Below, piece by piece: positions 1-7,029 of a DNA stretch of 18,455 nt (the first letter of the stretch is position 1; every line of letters begins with the position of its first letter). The position numbers were made by a program, and so were the translations under genes. This stretch comes from a bacterium (GTDB lineage Bacteria > Zhuqueibacterota > Zhuqueibacteria > Oceanimicrobiales > Oceanimicrobiaceae), in assembly GCA_037446635.1 (NCBI GenBank), contig JBBIIG010000076.1, positions 1-18,455 of the forward strand. Reading direction: 5' to 3'. The notes below the pieces were generated by a model. It saw only the letters and a program-made list of their open reading frames with translations, was not told where the DNA came from and did not search any database.

Positions 1-55
1 ACCAAAACTATCCCAACCCCTTCAATCCGACTACGGAAATCAAATACGATCTGCC
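1..55 (+). repeat. 55-bp exact direct repeat, second copy at 4184-4238
   Basis: accaaaactatcccaaccccttcaatccgactacggaaatcaaatacgatctgcc is identical at both positions; the copies differ from the next base onward. Confidence 0.95.
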
Positions 56-269
56 AAAGAACGGTCAAGTCACTTTAACCATTTTCAATATGGTTGGACA
101 AAGGGTTCGGACGTTGGTAGATGAGCCAAAAGCAGCAGGCTATCACAGCGTTCTTTGGGATGGCAAGGATGAGTTCGGACACGAGGTAGCGTCTGGGGTC
201 TATATGTACCGCATTTATGTCTCGCCGGTAAATGTAAACAGCCCGCCGTTTGAATCGGTCAAAAAGTGA
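3..269 (+). CDS. 3' end (partial) of a secreted protein: T9SS type A sorting/FlgD-Ig C-terminal domain, apparently frameshifted just before its last 5 residues
   Basis: Frame 3 reads QNYPNPFNPTTEIKYDLPKNGQVTLTIFNMVGQRVRTLVDEPKAAGYHSVLWDGKDEFGHEVASGVYMYRIYVSPVNVNSPPFESVKK* and aligns colinearly with the C-terminus of ORF 2170-4467. The expected tail VTLLR* lies in another frame (266-283). Missing from the ORF track because it is open at the window edge. Confidence 0.9.
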   Translation, partial: QNYPNPFNPTTEIKYDLPKNGQVTLTIFNMVGQRVRTLVDEPKAAGYHSVLWDGKDEFGHEVASGVYMYRIYVSPVNVNSPPFESVKK

Positions 270-296
270 CCCTTTTGCGATAAGAGCGAAAACGGG

Positions 297-421
297 GCTG
301 TCCAAAAGCGTTTCTCGCGGTGTCATTCCCGCATGTTTTTGGCGGGAATCTCCTGTGGTGTCGCACTGGATGCCCGATAAAAGCATTCGGGCATGACATC
401 AAAAGCGGCTTTTTGGACAGC
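297..421. mobile_element. MITE-like element: 11-bp terminal inverted repeats enclosing a GTCATT-type double-hairpin palindrome
   Basis: gctgtccaaaa (297-307) / ttttggacagc (411-421). Inside, tgtcattcccg (321-331) / cgggcatgaca (388-398) bracket the hairpins attcccgc..gcgggaat and atgcccga..tcgggcat. Lies between convergent stop codons; no clear target-site duplication. Confidence 0.6.
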
Positions 422-429
422 GCGTTGAA

Positions 430-660
430 TTACTTCAACAAGTCCTCCACCACCGCCCGCTCTTCTTTGAGTTCGTTCAAAGTAAGAGCGATTTTCTCGC
501 GGGCGAAGTCACTCCATTTCACACCCTGCACAATGGCGTAGTTGCCTCTGCCGTCGCTGGTGCAGGGGAAGGAGAACATAAGTTCCTCGGCGATGCCGTA
601 GCTGCCGTCGGTGGCCACGGCGGCGGAGAACCAATCGCCGGCCGGGGTTTTATTTATCAT
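430..660 (-). pseudogene. mdh: C-terminal fragment (~75 aa) of malate dehydrogenase (type 2 MDH family)
   Basis: TPAGDWFSAAVATDGSYGIAEELMFSFPCTSDGRGNYAIVQGVKWSDFAREKIALTLNELKEERAVVEDLL matches the type 2 MDH C-terminal pattern (TPxGDWxS..SDGSYG..FSFP..IVQG..EL.EER). An in-frame TAG lies 4 codons upstream of the ATG at 660 and there is no NAD-binding domain. Confidence 0.85.
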
Positions 661-664
661 AAAG

Positions 665-698
665 AGAAGCTAACCTTTTTGACAAAAGGTTAGCTTCT
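665..698. repeat. Perfect 15-bp inverted repeat (REP-like hairpin) at the mdh truncation point
   Basis: agaagctaacctttt-tgac-aaaaggttagcttct. Confidence 0.85.
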
Positions 699-729
699 GG
701 AATTCTTCGCAAAATTTTTAAAAATGTTC

Positions 730-761
730 TTGACTTTTTGCTTTTTTTTTTTTCATATATT
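730..761 (+). promoter_or_regulatory. Candidate sigma70-type promoter with a T12 tract in the spacer
   Basis: TTGACT (730-735) and TATATT (756-761), 20-bp spacer including T12 (742-753), upstream of ORF 902. Spacer is longer than optimal. Confidence 0.35.
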
Positions 762-901
762 AGCAGGGTTTTCACCGGGCCTCCAAGAAAGTCGTTCATT
801 AAAAAATCAGTCTCCCTCCTTAATGACCTCCGGATGACTCCAGGGGACAAGGTCTTAGTGTTTCATGTGCAAAAAAATTTAATGTTAGTAGGAGTGTTAA
901 A

Positions 902-1852
902 ATGTCGAAAGGTATGATTACCCATTTTGCTTTCCTAACGCTGCTGTTTTGGAGTTGTGAGCATAATCCGTTATTGCCATTAAGCGAGATAGGGCCAATT
1001 GTCTTTTCCGCTAACCGGACCGGTGATCTCATTAATGGTAAAACGCAGCTATATACGATGGAACCGGACGGCTCAAATCTCATTAAGTTAACTCATGATA
1101 ATTTTAGCCGTTGGGCGCCACGCTGGTCGCCAGACCGCAAGACTATCGCTTTTCAGTCAGAAAAAGGTAGAACCCCTGATGCTTTTCCACTTTACCTTAT
1201 GGATGCTAATGGTTCAAACATGCGTTTACTGGTGCCGCAGGGTTGGGCCCCTATTTGGTCCCCCGATGGTAAGCAGATTGCTTATTCAAAAGATCCTCGC
1301 TGTGGCGGTGTTTGCAGCGGTTGGGATATTTTCGTCTTGGATCGGACAAAAAATACTGAACGAAGTATAACCAACACACCTGAATTTCATGAATTAGTTT
1401 CTGATTGGTCACCAGATGGTCGCTTTCTTTTAGTAGAGTCGTTTAGTCCGATAGATACTTTAGAGGGAGATTGGGAAATCTACGTGATGGATATGCAGGG
1501 CAATTATGTAACGCGACTTACGGATAACGATGTGAACGATGTAAGTCCGCGCTGGTCACCAGATGGTTCCAAGATTGTCTATTCTGCTTTTGATGGTAAA
1601 GATTGGGATATTTTTATAATGGATGCTGATGGGAGTAACAAAAGAAATCTTTCCAACGATGACTACCTTTTTAGCTCTTCCCCCTGCTGGTCGCCGGATG
1701 GCACAAAAATCTTATACACCGCTACCGATGGAACTGAACAACAACAACGGGATCTTGAAGTCCAAAATATTTATATTATAAATATCGATGGTTCTGGTTT
1801 AACTAAATTAACGGAAGGAAATTTTATCAATCAAAGCCCAGATTGGAGGTGA
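902..1852 (+). CDS. TolB-like beta-propeller (PD40 repeat) lipoprotein
   Basis: Five WSPD motifs (PRWSPDR, PIWSPDG, SDWSPDG, PRWSPDG, PCWSPDG), YxMDADGSN-type repeats and terminal PDW. Lipoprotein-like signal ending FWSC. RBS AGGAG at 890-894. No TolB N-terminal domain or tol-pal context, so not called tolB. Confidence 0.88.
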   Translation: MSKGMITHFAFLTLLFWSCEHNPLLPLSEIGPIVFSANRTGDLINGKTQLYTMEPDGSNLIKLTHDNFSRWAPRWSPDRKTIAFQSEKGRTPDAFPLYLMDANGSNMRLLVPQGWAPIWSPDGKQIAYSKDPRCGGVCSGWDIFVLDRTKNTERSITNTPEFHELVSDWSPDGRFLLVESFSPIDTLEGDWEIYVMDMQGNYVTRLTDNDVNDVSPRWSPDGSKIVYSAFDGKDWDIFIMDADGSNKRNLSNDDYLFSSSPCWSPDGTKILYTATDGTEQQQRDLEVQNIYIINIDGSGLTKLTEGNFINQSPDWR

Positions 1853-1954
1853 TTTAAGGAAAACATGAGAAATTAAATCATGAAAATCGACCAAGGAACA
1901 ATTGGGAGAGGAGGTGAGATTTTAGAATTCAATTACGGCTCTTGCAGATAAAAG

Positions 1955-2031
1955 AACGAAAAGAAAGAGGAAAGACTCTGGCACCAAAACCGCGGTCGCA
2001 AAACTCGGGTCAGGGCCAAAGCTTTCCTCAC
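1955..2031 (-). ncRNA. Candidate ~75-nt hairpin sRNA antisense to the peptidase upstream region
   Basis: Minus strand: GAGGAAAG-CTTTGGC...loop GAGTTTTGCGAC...GCCAGAG-T-CTTTCCTC followed by TTTCTTTTCGTTCTTTT, directly downstream of a consensus-like promoter. Ends are approximate. Confidence 0.5.
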
Positions 2032-2080
2032 TAACAAGTTTATTAAAACTTATTGAGGAAAGCAACTACTTTTTCTTTTT
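2021..2080 (+). terminator. Terminator/attenuator-like hairpin upstream of the peptidase gene
   Basis: gctttcctca (2021-2030) pairs with tgaggaaagc (2054-2063), with an inner aagttt/aaactt stem. A T-rich tract follows at 2070-2080, offset 6 nt from the stem, so it is not a textbook terminator. Confidence 0.4.
2037..2065 (-). promoter_or_regulatory. Sigma70-type promoter for the candidate sRNA
   Basis: TTGCTT (2065-2060), 17 bp, TAAACT (2042-2037) on the minus strand. Confidence 0.55.
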
Positions 2081-2169
2081 AACCTCTCAAAAATCTGCAT
2101 AGAGTCTCATCTTTTCATTTTTTCTTCTTTAATTCTAAAACATCTAAAACATCAAAAAGGAGGTAGAAG

Positions 2170-4467
2170 ATGAGAACTCTAAAACGCTCAAGGCTTGCGG
2201 TATTTCTCGCGTGCTTTATGATCTCAAGTTTACCCGCCATTGCACAAATCTCCACTGTGGATACCACCGATCAATTTGGTGAAAAAGTGCGGGTGGAACT
2301 TAACTCGCTTACCGGCACGGCGCACCGCATCTGGTGGTCTAATCCAAATATTGAAATTTTTGGGTTCTCGCGTGCTCAACTCAACGAACGTAACGTCGCG
2401 GCTTTGGCGCGAGCTATCTTGCTTTCCTATCAGGATTTACTCAAAGTTGGCCCCGATCATTTAAGTCTTCAGCAGGCTGAAACCGATGGTGACAACTGGT
2501 ATATCTCGTTTGAACAGCGCTACAAAAATTTGCCGGTTTATGGTGCCTCTGCGGGTCTTACGATTAATGCTGAAGGTAAAATTATTTCCATTGGCGCGGA
2601 TGCCTACCCGGAAGTGCAGGTTTCTACCGTTCCGAGTATTTCTGAGGAGCAAGCAGAAGAAATCGCCAGAACCGAATTTTCAACTGCAGAGATGGATACG
2701 GTATTCCTCCGAAAACCCATCCCCCTTCTGGTTTTCCCGGATAGTTCCTTAGGTTATCACTTAGCCTATGAGGTAGAACTGCAAAGTAACCTGCCGTTGA
2801 AAGGGATAAGGTATTTTGTTGATGCCCACACAGGTTCGATGGTTGACAAAGAGGAAATCTTCAAAGATGGTACCTGGAACATCAGCGGCAACGTTTCGGG
2901 TCAATACTGGCCGGAGACCGAGAATGTTAATACCACTACAGAAGTACCAAAATATCTAAGCGCACTGAGTATAGTCAATATTCTTGGCCAAACCGTAACA
3001 ACTGGAACCATTAATTCCAGCGGTAATTACAGCATTACTTTTAACGCCGCTTTCGGGACGTATTTCCTCAAAAGTGATTTGAAGGGTTCCTGGATCAAAG
3101 TCAATAATGTCACCCATTCTTTTCAATTTACCTCTTCGTCCAGCACGGTGCACAACTTTCAGTTTTCTGCGGGAAACGAGGGCTACAACGTTTATCATCA
3201 TGGCAATGTGGTTCACGATTTCTTTAAAGGTTCGCCTTTCAATTATAACGGGATGGACTATCAGATGGTAGCGGAAATTAATGCCGGGAGTGGCATTAAC
3301 GGTGCGGCTAACGGAACTAATATATTTTTTGGTACACAGAATAATATTTTGTGGTGGGGGGCAAGTGATGTGGTCTATCATGAATATACCCATAATACGG
3401 TCTACCATTTGTATGGAAACAGGTTTATTGGGAGCGGATCAAATTATCAAGGCTTCGCCATGGACGAGGGGCTATCCGATTATTTTGCAGCTACGATTAA
3501 CGCCAATAGTTTTATTAATCTGGTAAATAGAGATTTAAGCCCTAATAAAAGGTTCCCCGAAGATTTTACTAATGGTGGCGATCCACACACAAATGGTCTA
3601 ATCATTGGTGGCGCTGCGTGGGATTTACAGCAACCTTCTGGAGTAGGCGTCAATACTGGCAGAAAATTAATTTTCAAAGCTCTGCAAATGACGCCACATG
3701 CGTTTAATTTTACCGACTTTGTTAATAATGTCATTTTAGCCGATGACAACAACGGTACCCTGTGTGATCAAACGCCCAATACTAGTGCGATTCTGACAGC
3801 GTTTCAAACCAATCACGGCATCAGCCCGACAAATCTACCAAGTTTAAGCGTCACTATTTCCGGACCAGGCAGTATTCAAGCCGGCACTCAGGGCACCTGG
3901 ACCGCCAATGTTTGCGGCGGCAGCGGCACCATCAGTTACCAGTGGTCGGTAAGATATGAAGGCAGCAGCAATTTCACCAACCTCGGCACCAGTCAAAATC
4001 AATCCTTAACCTTTTTTGATGAATGCACCATTAATGATTTGAAGGTGGATGTTGTCAGAGGCGGTCAGAGTGCGCAGGATCTCCATACGGTAATCGTTAC
4101 AAACGGTCCTATATTTTGCAAGCGCGGCGGCGAAGACTCCGGCGCCGAAGAATTAGCCCAAATTCCCGACAAATTTGATTTGCACCAAAACTATCCCAAC
4201 CCCTTCAATCCGACTACGGAAATCAAATACGATCTGCCGCAGCCGGGTGAGGTTACGTTAACCATCTTCAACATCGTGGGGCAAAGGGTTCGTACGCTGG
4301 TCGATGGGCCAAAGACGGCCGGGTATCACAGTGTGCGGTGGGATGGCAAAGATGATTTCGGAAACGAGGTCGCTTCGGGAGTTTATGTGTATCGCATCCG
4401 AGTGCTTCCGAATGGCGCCGAAAGCCGCCTGTTTGAGTCCGCTAAGAAGATGACGATCATGCGGTGA
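2170..4467 (+). CDS. Secreted thermolysin/fungalysin-like (M4/M36) zinc metallopeptidase with propeptide, Ig/PKD-like domain and T9SS/FlgD-type C-terminal domain
   Basis: Signal peptide (…LPAIA/Q), FTP-like (FEQRYKNLPVYG) and PepSY-like (YFVDAHTGSMV) propeptide, HEXXH = HEYTH, third-ligand motif MDEGLSDYF, DPHTNG histidine, C-terminal QNYPNPFNP…SGVYVYR…KKMTIMR. RBS AGGAGG at 2158-2163. Confidence 0.9.
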   Translation: MRTLKRSRLAVFLACFMISSLPAIAQISTVDTTDQFGEKVRVELNSLTGTAHRIWWSNPNIEIFGFSRAQLNERNVAALARAILLSYQDLLKVGPDHLSLQQAETDGDNWYISFEQRYKNLPVYGASAGLTINAEGKIISIGADAYPEVQVSTVPSISEEQAEEIARTEFSTAEMDTVFLRKPIPLLVFPDSSLGYHLAYEVELQSNLPLKGIRYFVDAHTGSMVDKEEIFKDGTWNISGNVSGQYWPETENVNTTTEVPKYLSALSIVNILGQTVTTGTINSSGNYSITFNAAFGTYFLKSDLKGSWIKVNNVTHSFQFTSSSSTVHNFQFSAGNEGYNVYHHGNVVHDFFKGSPFNYNGMDYQMVAEINAGSGINGAANGTNIFFGTQNNILWWGASDVVYHEYTHNTVYHLYGNRFIGSGSNYQGFAMDEGLSDYFAATINANSFINLVNRDLSPNKRFPEDFTNGGDPHTNGLIIGGAAWDLQQPSGVGVNTGRKLIFKALQMTPHAFNFTDFVNNVILADDNNGTLCDQTPNTSAILTAFQTNHGISPTNLPSLSVTISGPGSIQAGTQGTWTANVCGGSGTISYQWSVRYEGSSNFTNLGTSQNQSLTFFDECTINDLKVDVVRGGQSAQDLHTVIVTNGPIFCKRGGEDSGAEELAQIPDKFDLHQNYPNPFNPTTEIKYDLPQPGEVTLTIFNIVGQRVRTLVDGPKTAGYHSVRWDGKDDFGNEVASGVYVYRIRVLPNGAESRLFESAKKMTIMR

Positions 4468-4481
4468 GCAACGCTTCAAAC

Positions 4482-4511
4482 CCTTGCGAAGGTTTCCAGA
4501 CCTTCGCAAGG
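4482..4511. repeat. 12-bp inverted repeat (REP-like palindrome or bidirectional terminator) between convergent genes
   Basis: ccttgcgaaggt-ttccag-accttcgcaagg between the stop codons ending at 4467 (+) and 4516 (-). Confidence 0.75.
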
Positions 4512-4515
4512 TTCA

Positions 4516-5004
4516 TTACCGAATCGCTTCAAACTCCCCCCGCTCCCGATTTTTCCGCACATTGTCCCACGAAAAATATTTCCCATTCATGGCAATGTAA
4601 ACGCCAGGCGGGAGAATCTGCACGAACGACAGCGCGCTGCCTAAATTGAACATCCCATCCGAGCTGCCGAAGGCGTACGGCACCATCGCGCCGGTGAGTA
4701 CGATGGTTTTTTCCATGATTCCCTTCGCCAAAAAGGCTGCGGTTTCAACCATCGTATCGGTGCCGTGAGTGACGACGATTTTGTCTTCCGGGGATTTCTT
4801 GCAGGTCTCCAAAATGAGCTGACGATCGGCGTCGGTCATTTCCAAACTGTCGATCATCATCACGCTGCAAATTTGCACGTTCAGCCGGCAGCGGCCCTGT
4901 TGCAGCATTTGCGGGACGTGTGTGTCTTTGAAAAAAAGCTGGCCGTTGATTTCATCGTACTCTTTGTCAAACGTGCCGCCGGTGACGAGGATGCGGATGG
5001 TCAT
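4516..5004 (-). CDS. Short-chain L-asparaginase (N-terminal catalytic domain only)
   Basis: TGGTFDK and THGTDTM catalytic threonine motifs, LTGAMVP, SDGMFNL, GVYIAMNG, NVRKN; 162 aa. Confidence 0.88.
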   Translation of the reverse strand: MTIRILVTGGTFDKEYDEINGQLFFKDTHVPQMLQQGRCRLNVQICSVMMIDSLEMTDADRQLILETCKKSPEDKIVVTHGTDTMVETAAFLAKGIMEKTIVLTGAMVPYAFGSSDGMFNLGSALSFVQILPPGVYIAMNGKYFSWDNVRKNRERGEFEAIR

Positions 5005-5081
5005 GGCGATTTTTGATTTTCAATTTTAATTTGCGCCTTTGCAAGATTTTTTGGTTATCACAACTTCCCGGATTCTAAGAG

Positions 5082-5127
5082 CGGAGTGCAATGCTTTAGC
5101 ATTGCAAAACTTAAGTTTTGCACTCAG
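5082..5127. repeat. Overlapping inverted REP-like doublet (GAGT-headed)
   Basis: tgcaatgct-tt-agcattgca (5087-5106) overlaps the perfect 20-bp palindrome tgcaaaacttaagttttgca (5103-5122); outer arms gagtgcaa/ttgcactc. Just downstream of the dsbD stop. Confidence 0.75.
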
Positions 5128-5134
5128 GGTCTAC

Positions 5135-6949
5135 TCATTGATTAGCCGCTTCCATTACCTCCAAAAACTCTTCTGGTTTGAATTTCACCAGCTCATCGGT
5201 GAAGCGGCGGAATTCATTTCCCCGCCGGTCCAGCAGCACGATGGTGGGCACGCCCACCACGCGGTATGTTTGACGAATGGCTTTCACTTCGTCCGACTCG
5301 TCCTTGCTGAGATCCGCTTTCAGGGTGAGAAACTCCGCGGACTTCCTAACCACCGCGGGATCGGAGAAAAGCGTTTTCTCGATCTGTTTGCAGGGGATAC
5401 ACCACTCCGCGTAAAAATCAATCAACACCGGCCGGTTTTCTTGCTTAGCCAATTCCACCAGCGCAGCGCTGTAGGGCTGCCAGTTCATCTGCGGGGCGTT
5501 GGCCTGCTGCCAGGCCGAGACCGACGTCCACGCGCCGAATAAAATCAGCAGCGCCCCGATCGCCGGCTTCACGATTTTGAAGCCGGAAAAACTCGCTTTG
5601 GATCGATCCCAAAATCCCACCCACACGCCTCCCACCACCGCCACCGCGGTGAGCAGGATCACGTAAAGCGTTTCTGAAATGAGCGTACTGATGAAATAGA
5701 CCGCCACGCCGATCATGATTACACCAAAGACTTTTTTTATCCAGATCATCCATTCGCCGGAGCGCGGCAAATTTTTGATGAGGCCTGAAAATGTGCCCAG
5801 CGCCAGAAACGGCAGCCCCAGCCCCAGCGAGAGAACGAAAAACATCAGAAAGCCGAGGTAGGGGTCGCCCTGCGCCGCGACGTACGTCAGCAGGCTGAAC
5901 ACAAACGGCCCGATGCACGGCGCCGCCACGATGCCCACGGTCAGCCCCATGAACAGCGAGCCGAACACCCCCTGCTTCGAGCCGCCGGCCAACTTGTTCA
6001 GAAACGCCGGCATTCTAATTTCGAATGCGCCAAACATTCCCGCTGCAAATACCACGAATACCAGCGCGATAAAAATCAGCACCAACGGATTCTGCAGCGA
6101 CGAACCCAGCACGCCGCCGGTTAAGGCGGCGGCCACGCCCAACAAAGAGTAAGTGAGCGCCATACCCAGAACATAAACCAGCGCCAACATAAACGAGCGG
6201 CCGATGCGCCCCGACGCTTGTCCCACAAAAAAACTAACGGTGATGGGGATGACAGGATAAACACACGGCGTGAGGTTGAGCGCCAACCCGCCGATAAAAA
6301 TCGCCAGCAGCGCAACGACTAACCCCTTTCCTGAAATCAGCGCGCTGATTTGATTTTCGGCGCCGCGTTCGCCCTGCAGTTGGCCCAGCTCTCCTTCATT
6401 CGATTCAGGCTGAACGGCCACGGGCGCGGCGGCATCCACCACTGCTGCGGTAATTTCAAACGGCGCTTCCGCCGGCGCGAGGCAGGAGACGTCATTGCAA
6501 GCCTGGTAGAAAAATTTGCCGGATAGTTTCAAATTGCCGGGAGGAAGATCGCGCTTCGCCCTGACTTCCGCCCAAACGGTCACGGCGCCATCGTAAACCG
6601 AAAGCGGCTGCTCGGAAAATTGGAAGCGGCGAAGCTGGCCCTCAGGGTAATGAATTTGGTTTATCTCCACGCCGGGAACCGAATCGAATTTCACCACCGT
6701 GGGAATGAGAAATTCTTCCAGCGGTTGATGAGAGTTGATGTGCCATTCGGGATCAATCTCGGCCTTGACGAGAATTTTAAACGAATCGCCGGGGCGAATT
6801 TGGTTCACGGACAGAGATGGGTTTACTGTGACCACGGGCTCAGTATTGAATTGTGCGGCCGCTTCATTTACAACAAAAAATAAAGTCAGGAGTTGAACAT
6901 AAACCAATCGCACTGCAATCCTCTCAAAAAGTTTGACTTTCACGTTCAC
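5135..6949 (-). CDS. dsbD: Thiol:disulfide interchange protein DsbD family
   Basis: N-terminal Ig-like domain with YQACNDVSCLAP, transmembrane domain with LTPCVYP and AAPCIGP, C-terminal thioredoxin domain DFYAEWCIPCK…VVGVPT. GTG start uncertain. Confidence 0.92.
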   Translation of the reverse strand: MNVKVKLFERIAVRLVYVQLLTLFFVVNEAAAQFNTEPVVTVNPSLSVNQIRPGDSFKILVKAEIDPEWHINSHQPLEEFLIPTVVKFDSVPGVEINQIHYPEGQLRRFQFSEQPLSVYDGAVTVWAEVRAKRDLPPGNLKLSGKFFYQACNDVSCLAPAEAPFEITAAVVDAAAPVAVQPESNEGELGQLQGERGAENQISALISGKGLVVALLAIFIGGLALNLTPCVYPVIPITVSFFVGQASGRIGRSFMLALVYVLGMALTYSLLGVAAALTGGVLGSSLQNPLVLIFIALVFVVFAAGMFGAFEIRMPAFLNKLAGGSKQGVFGSLFMGLTVGIVAAPCIGPFVFSLLTYVAAQGDPYLGFLMFFVLSLGLGLPFLALGTFSGLIKNLPRSGEWMIWIKKVFGVIMIGVAVYFISTLISETLYVILLTAVAVVGGVWVGFWDRSKASFSGFKIVKPAIGALLILFGAWTSVSAWQQANAPQMNWQPYSAALVELAKQENRPVLIDFYAEWCIPCKQIEKTLFSDPAVVRKSAEFLTLKADLSKDESDEVKAIRQTYRVVGVPTIVLLDRRGNEFRRFTDELVKFKPEEFLEVMEAANQ

Positions 6950-7029
6950 AAATTCAAAACAGTTTCTTTTGCAAAATAATTTCGTTCAGATGATTTCCAG
7001 TGCAAAAATGACTTGGAAAAATTTCGAGG

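Noticed and set aside
1865..1951. Leader peptide (MRN*IMKIDQGTIGRGGEILEFNYGSCR*)
   Set aside because: In-frame stop after 3 codons, no regulatory codon run, no recognisable homology. Could be a remnant but is unsupported.
1981..2020. c-di-GMP-I riboswitch (cgcaaaac resemblance)
   Set aside because: Lacks the GGCAAA…GAAA tetraloop stem and receptor arrangement; better explained by the hairpin/antisense model.
1..4467. DGR template/variable repeat pair (1-270 vs 4184-4467), given an Avd-like gene in the window
   Set aside because: Differences are mostly synonymous and not adenine-specific, there is no reverse transcriptase, and the four-helix-bundle gene is distant and decayed.
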